A DNA stretch of 48,728 bases, filler included, from Stramenopiles sp. TOSAG23-3 (Eukaryota): assembly GCA_900128585.1 (NCBI GenBank). It is 4 parts of 4 records of this genome, joined end to end, with 100 filler letters (N's around TTAATTAATTAA, not from the genome) between each part and the next. Parts side by side here need not be neighbours in the genome. Positions count along the whole stretch, not along the records: positions 22,379 to 44,554 come from LT642341.1; 3 more parts are not named here. The stretch is one strand, 5' to 3'. Shown here one piece after another: positions 31,892-42,768 of this stretch. A program made the translations under genes and the position numbers. The notes under the pieces were generated by a model. It saw only the letters and a program-made list of their open reading frames with translations, was not told the DNA's origin and made no database searches. Numbering within the stretch: the first letter of the stretch is position 1; the number at the start of each line of letters is the position of its first letter.

Positions 31892-32423
31892 GGAGGGGAT
31901 CAAGGTTGCCGTTCCAGCAACTGTTTGTGTCTATTTGTTCGAAGAAGGAAGGAAACTATATACTCGTTTTTATTAAAACCGGTAGTATTATACAATTATT
32001 CCACCGATGGTCATCATAAATTACGATGGATTGGGTGGGCTCTCCTAGAAGATGTCCCAAACTTATTAATTAAGGAATGTCAACATTCTCCCGAAGTTTT
32101 CACTAGATATAACGATAATTGAAAATTAATTTAATAGTCATTTCCCAGTCCAAACAAATAGAGGAAAACCCGTCGAAAATAATGCTATCTATATATATTA
32201 TAATTTATTTAGGAATTAAGGAGGCAATAATTTTACAAATTAAAAACGCGCAATTTTATTTGTTTTTTTAATAATTGTTCCGTTATTAGTACTTAAGCAT
32301 CATAGAAGCAGGACGCAGCATCATGCCACAGTTGCAAGTTGAGCTAGCGTGAAGCAGCAGGAGTACTATTTACTTACAGCAATACAACTATAGCCAACTG
32401 CAGTTCTTCACAAATCATATATT

Positions 32424-35400
32424 ATGAAACAACGAGAGGAGGTGTTCTTGTTGATCCTCATGATTGATGAAGGGGCTTCACGCAAAGAACTTTTACAAAA
32501 GGGCAAGCTCATTTCACCACCAATAAAGGATTGCACGCAAAAGGAAGCCCCCCCGTCTCATACTTTTGGACCAAGGGTTTTGAGAATGTCAAGCCGCACT
32601 AGCCCCAAGTTGAAGTCGGCGAAAACGTGGTCGCCAACGCGCAGGCACTCTGGCATTGCCAGGGCAGAAGCGGAGGAAGAGCGTTATTCGAGCTGGGTTA
32701 CAGAGAACTCACGACTGGCCGACAAGCGTCATTTAGAGCTTATACAAGCTAACTTTAAAAAGTTGTTGCGGAAACAAACATACCATATCGAAGCCAGCGA
32801 AGCGGACAGGGAAGCCAACGAAGAGAAAACGAAATTCAACCAATCCGAAAAAGTTCGCAAAAAAAAACTTGCCAGGCAAGAGGAGCACGAACGGTTTTTA
32901 AATAGAGTTTTGTCCCCAGGGGAGGTATTGGAGTCTTTACCAAAAATAGAACAGGATAAACTCGCCAATTATGCAGGGCTAGACCCTGGTCACAAAGAGT
33001 TTAACGAATACGTAGAAAAATGCACACGGGTTGGGACTGTCGTTCCGTGCGCAGAAATTATGGGGCTAGAGATGAAGGTTCGTGGGCAAGGCGTGTACAG
33101 GAACTCGTACTGGGGGAAAATGGACATACACCACCGGTTCCAGCACGAGTTTGTCTTGGACTTGACTGGTAAAAATCACCACGCCCAATCCATCAAGTTC
33201 TTGACTCCAATGTTGCACCACAAGAAGCAGATAACAATTTTAAAATTATCAGACAACCCCCTGAAAGGCAGCGGCGCGAAGCTTCTTTTCACCAACTTGC
33301 ACGAGAGCTGTCCCAACCTTGAAGAGTTGCACCTAACCAAATGTGGAATTGGGACGCAAGGGGGCAAAGCGTTATGCTCATACCTCAAAAATGCAACTTC
33401 GCTGAAGAAGATATATGTGCGAAGCAATGCGCTGCGGGAACAGTTCTGTGCGTCCTTTTCGGATGCAATGTGCAACACTCAATGTGCGTTGGCGGAAATA
33501 GACTTGGGGGACAATGCGCTCACCCCAAAGGCAGGGCTGTTGTTGAGTAAAGGAATACAGAGAAGGGGCAAATCGCTCATGGTGTTTTTGGCAGATTGGA
33601 ATAGGTTAGGAGACGAAGGCGTTGGGGCGATAGCGGAAAGCTTTCCCACAACCTCCTTGATCGGAAAGGTTAACTTTTCGTACAACAACTTGACGGACAA
33701 AATTTCAAAAGGGCTCCCTGATCTTGCCCTTCGACCGCAGATGTCAACTTTCGACGCTTCCCACAACCAACTCGGCCCGATATTTGCCAACCGCCTGCGC
33801 GAAAACATCACAGGGGCGAAGTCATCGTTGGTATATTTGGACATCGGTTACAACCCCCTTGGCACGTTCGAAACGGCGCATATTGTTGAATGTATCAAGA
33901 ACAACAAAATTAGGACGTTGAAAATAACCAACACGACAGACTTTTCGGGGGGGGACGAAGACAAGCAGTACGTCTTCGAGCTGGCAACGCGCGTCGCAAG
34001 GGCAAAAGGTGTTCTGTTCATGCTAAAAAGAGGACGGAAGAAGAAGATCGTCGTAGAGATTGAATGGCCACCAAAAAAACGGGTGCAACGGAGCAAACTG
34101 ATCAATTCTATGATGGGTTGGATGAAAAAGAAGCGGAAGCATAAAGGCGTAACGGAATGGAGTGGGGGCGAGAACAACCTAGTAAACCTGGGAGAAGGCT
34201 GGCACTCTCTTCACATTGCAGACGACGTGCCAGACAAGCCCAAGCCTGTTAAGAAGGAAATAAAGTATTACAGCGTTTTTCACGACCGCATTAAGAACTG
34301 CGACTCCCACAGTTATTGGGACAGTCAGCAGGTAAATGGCATGGCATTTGAGGAAGATTGGTGCGTGCTAGATCACACACGAATAGTCAAACCTAGAATG
34401 TCCAAGCCGGAGGAGCGCAAAGTCCACGATCTGCTGAAAGAAAACTACATATTGCTCCGTGAGATATTCATGTTCTACGCCGCAACCGGAAACAAGCAGA
34501 TGAAGAAGGAACTTTCGGTGAGCATGTACGGCATGCGGGATTTTGTTGCGGATAGCAAAATCGTCTCAAAAAAGTACTCCACCAACGATGTTGATATGAC
34601 GTTTCTCGCAGCGGCCATGGACAACAAGGCCGACAACAACGATTTTATCAAGCAGCAAAAGAAAGAGTACTACAACAGAAAAGTAAAGCACGTAACGAAG
34701 ACGGACGACCACCACCTTAATATATTACGGGTCTCCCAGCACATGAAAATGCAAAAAGAAATATTTGACGAGCATGTGAAGGACTTTGCCGAGATCGAAG
34801 ACCATGACCAGGCAGTCCAAGAGCTGCTCAAGTTACAGGCCCTCAATCACGAAAAAGCCAAGGGCACCAAAGAGGACGGCAAGGCAGTTAATATTGGGGC
34901 GCAAACATTGACCAGGACAGAGTTTCTGGAATTTATTTTTCGATTGTCCATGGACCGTTACTTGAAAACGAAGCAAGCTCAGTCTCCCAGTGAGGCCATT
35001 ACGATGATGCTGGATAACCATATAATTCCCAACGCATTCTCAGACATCGTCGACTACGATCGAAGTATGTTTTTTGACCGCAATCGTTTCCGGGACGAAA
35101 AGTTGTACTTTAAAGAAGTAGACCAAGCCTTCCGTGACTATTTCATGGAGCTCCAAGCAATTTATGGGTATTATAGTTTGGGGGAGCACTTTGCATTCGA
35201 AGGGAAGTTGGTGGAGCTGGAGGAGCTGGACATGGTCGAATTTTGGAATTGCATGAAGTCGCTCGAAGGAACTCCGCTATTTAAAATAATCCGAATGAGA
35301 GACGTAAAACTAGCTTACACATTTTCACAAATGGCGTCCGTGAAAGATCCGGAACTTCTTGGCATCCAGTCGGACTTTGTGGAGTTTCTGGAAGGAATCG

Positions 35401-35702
35401 CAAGGCTCGCCGACATGACTTTTGGGCGAGGGCTACCCGATGCAATGAAACAACCGCTCTCGGACAAACTAAGAAAATTTATTCCTGCGCTAGTCGCCGC
35501 CAATGGACACATCGTCTCCAAATTTACCAAAAGGATGGTAAAATCTACAAAAGAAAAGGTAAAACATATGGAGCGGGGCTCAGCCGATTGGCAGCGAGAA
35601 GAGCGTTCACAGATGATGGATAAGCTAATGAACTGGAAAGTTAGGGCAAACACCACTGAGGAAAAGGCGGCGGAAGAAGGCGGCGAGAGTGTAGCTAAAT
35701 AA
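32424..35702 (+). CDS. RNI-like leucine-rich repeat protein with a helical/EF-hand-like C-terminal region
   Basis: LKLSDNPL, LHLTKCGIG, IDLGDNAL, DWNRLGDEG, LDIGYNPLG; LTRTEFLEFIFR, FVEFLEGIARLA. Start uncertain. Confidence 0.85.
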   Translation: MKQREEVFLLILMIDEGASRKELLQKGKLISPPIKDCTQKEAPPSHTFGPRVLRMSSRTSPKLKSAKTWSPTRRHSGIARAEAEEERYSSWVTENSRLADKRHLELIQANFKKLLRKQTYHIEASEADREANEEKTKFNQSEKVRKKKLARQEEHERFLNRVLSPGEVLESLPKIEQDKLANYAGLDPGHKEFNEYVEKCTRVGTVVPCAEIMGLEMKVRGQGVYRNSYWGKMDIHHRFQHEFVLDLTGKNHHAQSIKFLTPMLHHKKQITILKLSDNPLKGSGAKLLFTNLHESCPNLEELHLTKCGIGTQGGKALCSYLKNATSLKKIYVRSNALREQFCASFSDAMCNTQCALAEIDLGDNALTPKAGLLLSKGIQRRGKSLMVFLADWNRLGDEGVGAIAESFPTTSLIGKVNFSYNNLTDKISKGLPDLALRPQMSTFDASHNQLGPIFANRLRENITGAKSSLVYLDIGYNPLGTFETAHIVECIKNNKIRTLKITNTTDFSGGDEDKQYVFELATRVARAKGVLFMLKRGRKKKIVVEIEWPPKKRVQRSKLINSMMGWMKKKRKHKGVTEWSGGENNLVNLGEGWHSLHIADDVPDKPKPVKKEIKYYSVFHDRIKNCDSHSYWDSQQVNGMAFEEDWCVLDHTRIVKPRMSKPEERKVHDLLKENYILLREIFMFYAATGNKQMKKELSVSMYGMRDFVADSKIVSKKYSTNDVDMTFLAAAMDNKADNNDFIKQQKKEYYNRKVKHVTKTDDHHLNILRVSQHMKMQKEIFDEHVKDFAEIEDHDQAVQELLKLQALNHEKAKGTKEDGKAVNIGAQTLTRTEFLEFIFRLSMDRYLKTKQAQSPSEAITMMLDNHIIPNAFSDIVDYDRSMFFDRNRFRDEKLYFKEVDQAFRDYFMELQAIYGYYSLGEHFAFEGKLVELEELDMVEFWNCMKSLEGTPLFKIIRMRDVKLAYTFSQMASVKDPELLGIQSDFVEFLEGIARLADMTFGRGLPDAMKQPLSDKLRKFIPALVAANGHIVSKFTKRMVKSTKEKVKHMERGSADWQREERSQMMDKLMNWKVRANTTEEKAAEEGGESVAK

Positions 35703-35749
35703 TATAAGAATTATGCGTCGGCACAATATACATATACATTACTCTACAT

Positions 35750-36802
35750 TTACTTGTGCGTCTCTAGATTCTTGAGCATGCGATTGTAAAATTCCTCCTG
35801 GGCTTTGGTCTCTTCGATTTGCTTTTGCAATTTCAGATGTTCCATTTTGCGATGTCCCTCTTTGGTCATTCGGTTTTTGTTCGTATGGCAGCTCTTCAAA
35901 GTTGTATTTTCTTCCAAAGCATCATGTATGGCAAACGAGCCTTCGTCGCCAAGATGGTTGTTTTCCAAATAGATGGCCTCCAAGGTTTTGTTCCGCTTGA
36001 GCCCTTCCGCAATATCTTTCCCTGCCTCTGGGCCCAACTTGTTGTGCCGTAAGTTTAACCGAATAAGGGATTTATTGACTTTCAGCATGTCGTGGAAGAA
36101 ACCCTCGCAGGCATCATCCAGCAGGTTGCCTTCCATAAACAGCCCTTCAAGGCAGTAATTTTCCCGCAGGGCCTCGATTATAGCAATAGCACCTTCTGAT
36201 GATATTCTATTGTGTCCTATTTGCAGGCTCTTAAGAGTGCAGTTATGTTTCAGAGCCTCCGCAATCGCCTTTGCTCCTGCGTCACTTATGTTGTTCCCCC
36301 ACAGCACCAGATGTTCTAAGTGCTGGTTGTGCCCCAGTGCATTCGCAAAATATTTTGCTCCTTGGTTGCCGAGGGCGTTGTTGCTTACGTCAAGCGTATG
36401 CACAGAGAAGTTTGTCTTCAATTCCTCAGCAAAACGCTCAAAGTCGTGGAAACTTAACGTTGGAATTTTCAGAGTACTCTTGTGGGGCGGGATTAAAGGC
36501 TCTTTTTCAAAATTGGACAGTGGTCCATGCTCTACATATAGCGACGGTGTCAAGCTAGCAACGGAAGCAGTAGACTGTACTTCTACAATTCTGCCATTAT
36601 GCTTCATTTGTTCGGATGGCCATTCTACAGTGCTCATAGCATCTTTCCATTTCATGGCTCGTTTGGGAGCCGTGAGTTCCCAGGTTTTGCCAAATTTTCT
36701 AGGCGTGCCTTTATTTATAACTCGTGGCAACAGCTCCGTGTACTTGTACCTGGGAGAGGTGTCGGAACGGGTCGTGGACGTAGCCCACGGGCGATCGGAC
36801 AT
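35750..36802 (-). CDS. RNI-like (NLRC3-type) leucine-rich repeat protein
   Basis: 28-aa repeats: LDVSNNALGNQGAKYFANAL, LVLWGNNISDAGAKAIAEAL, LNLRHNKLGPEAGKDIAEGL. Confidence 0.9.
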   Translation of the reverse strand: MSDRPWATSTTRSDTSPRYKYTELLPRVINKGTPRKFGKTWELTAPKRAMKWKDAMSTVEWPSEQMKHNGRIVEVQSTASVASLTPSLYVEHGPLSNFEKEPLIPPHKSTLKIPTLSFHDFERFAEELKTNFSVHTLDVSNNALGNQGAKYFANALGHNQHLEHLVLWGNNISDAGAKAIAEALKHNCTLKSLQIGHNRISSEGAIAIIEALRENYCLEGLFMEGNLLDDACEGFFHDMLKVNKSLIRLNLRHNKLGPEAGKDIAEGLKRNKTLEAIYLENNHLGDEGSFAIHDALEENTTLKSCHTNKNRMTKEGHRKMEHLKLQKQIEETKAQEEFYNRMLKNLETHK

Positions 36803-37640
36803 GATAAGAGTGCCCGCCTCGACTTATATGCCTTGGTGTGCTTTATCCATTTGTACGTAGAGGGGGTCACAATAATAGTGAACGAAGGAACCCTTTCCCA
36901 AGTTTGAGGGGTCAGTCGCGTACACTGTGGTTCCACTTCAGTTGGTCATTTGGGTTGGTCTACTAAAACATCTCCCTTCATCATCTTTATTAATTACACG
37001 ATGAAGCTTTTGCTATTGATATGTTATACAGTTGCAATCGTCTACAGCAGTAAGTAAATATCTGTATAATAATACCTGATATTGTACATATTATAGTCGT
37101 CTACGAGGAGTTATTTTAATACCAGGTTCCTGTAAACGTATTAGTTAATTTTTAATACCTGGTACGTGGTACCTAGGTATTAATACCTGGTATTAATACA
37201 GAATTGCAGTTGCCAATCGTCAAAGATGACTTCGGTTCCGGTACCTGTACCGGTACAGGTATTAAACTCAGTCTATTTATTATTTATTTAGCCCAACTCT
37301 ATACGAACCCAATGTACACTGTAGTCGCATTACACTAGACGACGACTATTATATTGTATTATATTAGACGAACATAAACAATGTAGGATGTGGTGTGCAC
37401 TTTTAAATATTATGATACGCGTATACCTCGTAATACTATTTAGCTTATAGTCGTCTACCACCTTGGTTATCATTTTTTATTAATTATTATTATATATTTT
37501 GTCAGCCGTTCAATAAAAAATGATGAGGTGACGATGATTAAACCCTGGTAAAATTTGGTAGGTTTATTTCCAACCCCGTGGACTGCATCCCAATTCCTAA
37601 TCCTTTTTTTTACTTTTAATACTGCAGCAAAATATTGTTA

Positions 37641-37825
37641 AATACATTGAATAACATTAAGTTTTTTTAATCATGATGGGGCAAATGGGGCAAATGGGCC
37701 AGATACTTAATACATTGAATAGCATCAAGTTTTTTTAAATTTCACCGCACGCCATTTGTTTTATTGCATACGTACACTTCCAAAAAAGTATTAATAAATA
37801 CATTGAATAGCATAAAGGTTTTTTT
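37641..37825 (+). repeat. Three ~28-bp direct repeats upstream of the 38058 gene
   Basis: AATACATTGAATA(A/G)CAT(T/C/A)AAG(G)TTTTTTT at 37641, 37709 and 37797. Confidence 0.85.
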
Positions 37826-38057
37826 ATTTTAAAAGTTCACTTTCCCTCCACAATTTTTGTTCATCTACCTTCTACAGTCACGCTGCATTAACCGGCCACC
37901 AAACGGTCTCATGCCAACGGCCACCTCCCAGCCCCTGGCCTCTCACGCATCTTTCGTCAGTCTGCGAAAGCGAAATTATTAAGTTCCGAAGATGCCGTCT
38001 TGTCATTCTCTTCTCTAAAAAGCAAAACACGACAAAACCCAGCCACGTACACAAAAA

Positions 38058-39890
38058 ATGAATAAAATGAAAGCGAGCGTTGAAGCCAAAGCACAGGCAC
38101 GAGCAGAAGCTCGGAAAGCTGCAGGCAAACCCCCAAGTTTCCCAGAGAAAATGCTACCAAAGATCCCTCTGTTAGGGCCAATTTTACTGAGATTGTATCT
38201 AATTTGGGACTGGTTTTCAAAAACAAGATTCTGGCACACCATCCAAGCTATTCTCGGATACGTGGCCTTGGTTGCAATGGGTGTTGTACTTGCAAAATTG
38301 CAAGCAGCCGTCCCTTTCGAGAAAGACACGCCTGTTTACTCAGCCGTGTCCCAGCCAGAAGCGAGCAAACCTGCAGCGAACGACATGCTCAATGCCCTGG
38401 GGGCAGCAAGCACGAACCAAAAACTTGAAAATACGTATTACTTATATGCCTATGAAAATGGAAAATCTGCCGTGCGCGTGTGCACGGATTTGACCGAGAC
38501 CGAATTCGAAGACATAACAAAAGTTGGGCCGTACAAAAAATGGGATTCCATGGACCCAAACATGATAAAAGAATTTAAAGCGGACGGCTGCAAAAATGCG
38601 ACAATATTGGCATACAATGGTGGTTGTACCGACACAATCGTGTTTCCGAATCTCGGTGAACCGCACAATTTTCATTCACAACCCGGCAATGTTGAGGCAC
38701 AAAGAGGTCGCTGCGGATCCCCAGGCGTTGTCGACAAATTGTTTGCCAAGCCACAGACCCCGGCAGCGGACGGGTGGCTATGGCACTACATGATACGGGA
38801 TGTAAATCCTATTGATTTTAAACCAATTGAATTGACGAATTTGACATGCACTACTTCTGCGTGCGAAACCGCAAAGTGCATGGACAACGCATGCCATAAC
38901 CCTGCAGAAACCTGCAATGGCTTTCAGCCAACTACAAGGTGCGGGGCAGGCGGTGCTTCCTACAATACTACCGGGACTTTTGAAGGATGTAACAAGGCAC
39001 TCGGAAACCAACTGACCGGAGAATATAGTCAAGGCTATTGTGATTGTGGAAACAATCGTAAAGTATGGATGTGCGGAAAATACGCGTACGACTTCAAGTG
39101 TGCAGACACTTGTAAGTGCAACAACCCAATTAACAATGTTGCACCGACATGCACTGGCGCTGGAGAGCAGACATGCAGCTGCAACATGACAACAGTTAAA
39201 GGGGGAGATAAACCGCCTGAATGGATGGAAGACAACCCTCAATACGAAAACTCAAAGTGTATTCGCAGTTATGGCCGGTTCAATACTGTGGAATGCGAAG
39301 GTAAAACGGTATTGAGCTACGCAATGCAAATCGATTGGGTTGTTACTCTGTTCACTGCTGCCATTATAATCCGTATTGGAGTGCAGGTCTGTTTCTTCTA
39401 CTGGGCTTGTGTGGAAGACGAACCCCATTATCGAATGTTGATTGCGAACGAAACCATCTTGGTTCTGTATTTCCTTTACAGTTGTAAGGCACAATACGGA
39501 GTCCGAAATTTGAACGAGGCCTTAGAGGCGGAATATTTTCAAGCTTGGCCATGGTTATTTTCATTACTGGATAACGTGTTGGTGACGATCGCTATGTTGG
39601 GGGTCTCGTATGGAGCAGACCCTTTCCCCTCCCTTGGCCGTGGCAAATTCACACTTTTTCTGTTGTGGATTGCTGCATTTAAAGAGGTTGGAAAACTGCT
39701 CAAGTCTCTTTACACGACTTACTCTAAAAAATCCTACCGGCAGGTTGGCGACAGAGGCCTCCGCTATCCTTGGTTGCCTTGCATCAAAAAAGATATGCCG
39801 TGGTGTATCACGATCACACAAGAAGAATTCGACGAGCTCAAGCTTAAGAAAGAGGAAGCAAAAAAGGCGAAGTCGGTCGAAGTTGCGTGA
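38058..39890 (+). CDS. Multi-pass membrane protein with a large Cys-rich extracellular loop
   Basis: Hydrophobic ILGYVALVAMGVVLA, then a Cys-rich region with N-glycosylation sequons (NAT, NLT, NTT, NMT), then several hydrophobic segments. Confidence 0.75.
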   Translation: MNKMKASVEAKAQARAEARKAAGKPPSFPEKMLPKIPLLGPILLRLYLIWDWFSKTRFWHTIQAILGYVALVAMGVVLAKLQAAVPFEKDTPVYSAVSQPEASKPAANDMLNALGAASTNQKLENTYYLYAYENGKSAVRVCTDLTETEFEDITKVGPYKKWDSMDPNMIKEFKADGCKNATILAYNGGCTDTIVFPNLGEPHNFHSQPGNVEAQRGRCGSPGVVDKLFAKPQTPAADGWLWHYMIRDVNPIDFKPIELTNLTCTTSACETAKCMDNACHNPAETCNGFQPTTRCGAGGASYNTTGTFEGCNKALGNQLTGEYSQGYCDCGNNRKVWMCGKYAYDFKCADTCKCNNPINNVAPTCTGAGEQTCSCNMTTVKGGDKPPEWMEDNPQYENSKCIRSYGRFNTVECEGKTVLSYAMQIDWVVTLFTAAIIIRIGVQVCFFYWACVEDEPHYRMLIANETILVLYFLYSCKAQYGVRNLNEALEAEYFQAWPWLFSLLDNVLVTIAMLGVSYGADPFPSLGRGKFTLFLLWIAAFKEVGKLLKSLYTTYSKKSYRQVGDRGLRYPWLPCIKKDMPWCITITQEEFDELKLKKEEAKKAKSVEVA

Positions 39891-40187
39891 TTTGGGGCCC
39901 GTCAAATATATTTGGGAGAATCCCCCGGAACGGCTTCAATCTGCTTTTGTCAAAAAGCGCTTTAAAAATTCAAAATCAGTTTGATCGCGTCACCGCCGGG
40001 GAATCACGAGATACCCGTCTCGTACATTTTTTACTCAAAAATTATTTGTATCAATATTTGGTCAGAATTGTTTTTGCTTGGTGGGAAAAAACATTTTACC
40101 TCTAGCAAAAAGCGTTTTAACTACATGTAATGAAAAATACGAATTTAATTAAATTTTGTGAAAAGTGAAGGAACGTAAGAACCTTTT

Positions 40188-40235
40188 AAAACAACAAAAA
40201 ATTGGCTGTTATTTAAGTAATTAAAATTGATCTTC
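40188..40235 (+). repeat. Dispersed 3'-flank element, downstream of the membrane protein gene
   Basis: AAAACAACAAAAAATTGGCTGTTATTTAAGTAATTAAAATTGATCTTC. Confidence 0.85.
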
Positions 40236-40981
40236 ATCCTGTTCCGCGAGAATGAATCTGCTCCTTTTGTCCATTCATTAAAGGTTTACGTTCCTTTAAT
40301 TGCTAATTTTTTGTTTTTAAGTGAATATTAACTTTGGTATTATACCGGTACCTGTACCAAAAATGAACAGGAACGGGTAGAATATTATTATACCCAGGTA
40401 TCCGCGAATGGGGTAATTGAGAGGTATAATAATTATTATTATATTAAAAAAATAATATTTGGCCGTTGTAGCTTTTCGTAGCAAGCAGGCTCTGAGAATC
40501 GTCTATCAAAATACTCTTATTAAGTATGTGATTTAATAATAATAAGGAGGAGGACGGGGGAAAGAAGAAAGAAGAAGAAAAAAAATAAAAAAAGAAAGAG
40601 AGATAATCTTTCTATCGTTACATCTAGATCTAGATATACAAGATTATAAATAAATAGAGCATGAAAATAATTTCAATCTTTATGTTTATGTAAGGAACGA
40701 GTAATTTTAAATTTCACATTTGTCCTAAAAACTTAGCAGGGTGTCGAAAAGGACCTGGGCGTGTTAACCGTTTCCGGTCGGGGTGGGACACGAAAAGATG
40801 TTTCAAAACATTTTTTCTAATGCCGATGATGCCGCAAAGATCATTTGTGGGGACGATCCGAACAAGGCCGTAATGGTGAGGTACCTTCGAAAGCGTGAGA
40901 TTGTCTACCTGGCCGTAGACGATGGGACTGTCGGCTGGGCAGCCACCTGCGAAGAGTCCGCTGATGTGGTTGGAGATCTTA

Positions 40982-41446
40982 TTAGAGCTTGTCCGCTGCA
41001 TTTTCCGTATGATGAGCCGCAGAAAGCATTAGAATGGGTGGGAGAGGCGCCTTCCTTCGTTTAATGCCGCACGCGACTGGGTTCACTTCGATGTTGGGGG
41101 TAAATTTTAGCAACGGCATTGGGCCACCAATTTCTTCCAGCCGTTCGTCGACGGTTAGGTCGCGGGTCAGGTTGTACTTTACCATGCTTCTGTCCTGCAG
41201 CCCGTCGTCCGCCCCGGATTGGGAAGCACATGAACTTTCCGACAGCGCCGACCCCGGACGGGACCCGGACGAAAGCGCGTCCGATTTTTCACGGGAGCTC
41301 GATCGAGACGACGGCTTGCTAATTGTCCCTCCTCTTTGATGCTTTTCTATGGTGCTTGGCAAAGTCACCCCGCCCTCCTCCGCTCTTATGGGGACGATCG
41401 TTGTGACAACCGCATCAATGGAGCCGTCACTGTTGGCACTGCTCAT
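40982..41446 (-). CDS. Hypothetical Ser-rich protein (possibly continuing in another frame to ~40714)
   Basis: ATG-initiated 154-aa ORF within a GC-richer island (about 40730-41450); no recognised domain. Confidence 0.4.
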   Translation of the reverse strand: MSSANSDGSIDAVVTTIVPIRAEEGGVTLPSTIEKHQRGGTISKPSSRSSSREKSDALSSGSRPGSALSESSCASQSGADDGLQDRSMVKYNLTRDLTVDERLEEIGGPMPLLKFTPNIEVNPVACGIKRRKAPLPPILMLSAAHHTENAADKL

Positions 41447-42566
41447 GGTTTAGAAAGGAATGATCCTACCTTGTTAACGGCACAAAATTATCGTCCGTTA
41501 AGTGGCGGAGCCCTTTTGCACAATCCCACAACTCTTCCCTTAGTTCTCTATTCATGTAAATACCTATGGTCGTCCTGTCATGAAGTGCTTTACAATATAT
41601 AACCGATACTTCCTTCACTTACATATATTATTATATATATTTTTTTATACCTTTCTTCTTCTTCTTTTCTTTTTTCTTGTTACAAATATAATAATATAAT
41701 ACGTATATAGAGTGTACGTAAGGAAGTGCTTAAGTTTAAAAAAGAGTATTTAGATGATATCTTATATTATTATTAGTCAGTCGTCAATTATACCATCATT
41801 TATATAAAACATAATTGTGTGTTATTATATGTTGTTACAGTATGTTAGTTATTTATTTTATCTAATATATTTTTATAAATTATCTTTTTTCTTGAATCCA
41901 TCCATCCATCCATCCCTCCCTCCCTCCCTCCCTCCCTCCCTTGTTTTGTTGTTGTTGTCAGTTTTAAATGATACCTGATGATTTAATACGTTAAGTGTAT
42001 ATATTCTTATTCTATATATTTATTTATAATAAAGTATATTTTATTAAGAATGGGTGGGGTTTTAACGACATTTAAAAAAAAAAAGAAGTGATTCCAATAT
42101 TATACGTACGAAGATAGAGAGCTCTAATAAAATACAAAAAAATTGTATAATTTAAATTATATATTACTGTATAATTATACTAATTATTATAATTAATAAA
42201 CATGAAGAAGAGAACGCACAGCAGATTATTATTATTTTATTATTTAATAGAGTTTTTGGATTCTCATCATCATTCATCTTGTTCTTCTCTCTTCTTCATT
42301 CTTCTTCTTCTTCTCTCTTCTTCATTCTTCATTCTTCTTTATTAATAATTATTATTACGAAGTACCTGTACGACTTGTAAAAATAGGAGACGAAAGCAGC
42401 GTGGTGGAAAAGAACATTCGGTCTTGGTAAAATCCAAACTAATAAATTTTAAGAAAACAAAATCAAAAAAGCCTTTCATATTTTTACGAACTTCTCAGCT
42501 CGTAACCCATTTGCAAAAAATTGGATATGTCACCAACTTCTCATAAGATTTAATTGTTCATTGGAA

Positions 42567-42627
42567 TAGGGTATGAGGAAGCTAAATTTAATTAACTTAA
42601 ATAACAGCCAATTTTCTTGTTTTTTAA
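42567..42627 (-). repeat. Dispersed 3'-flank element (long form), downstream of the vWA gene
   Basis: rc TTAAAAAACAAGAAAATTGGCTGTTATTTAAGTTAATTAAATTTAGCTTCCTCATACCCTA. Confidence 0.9.
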
Positions 42628-42768
42628 GATTTAAAGCAAAACATCGCAGCGCACTTGGTATTTGCTATTTTTCATTTGATTCTCCTCATAAACAGCTTTC
42701 AACTTCTACAGTTAGTAAGCCGTCCGTATATAATTTTAGCAAATGGAAATTGCGCACCAGGTAAGAGC

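Noticed and set aside
37641-37825. CRISPR-like repeat-spacer array
   Set aside because: Only 3 AT-rich, non-palindromic units with unequal spacers, no cas genes, and a eukaryotic context.
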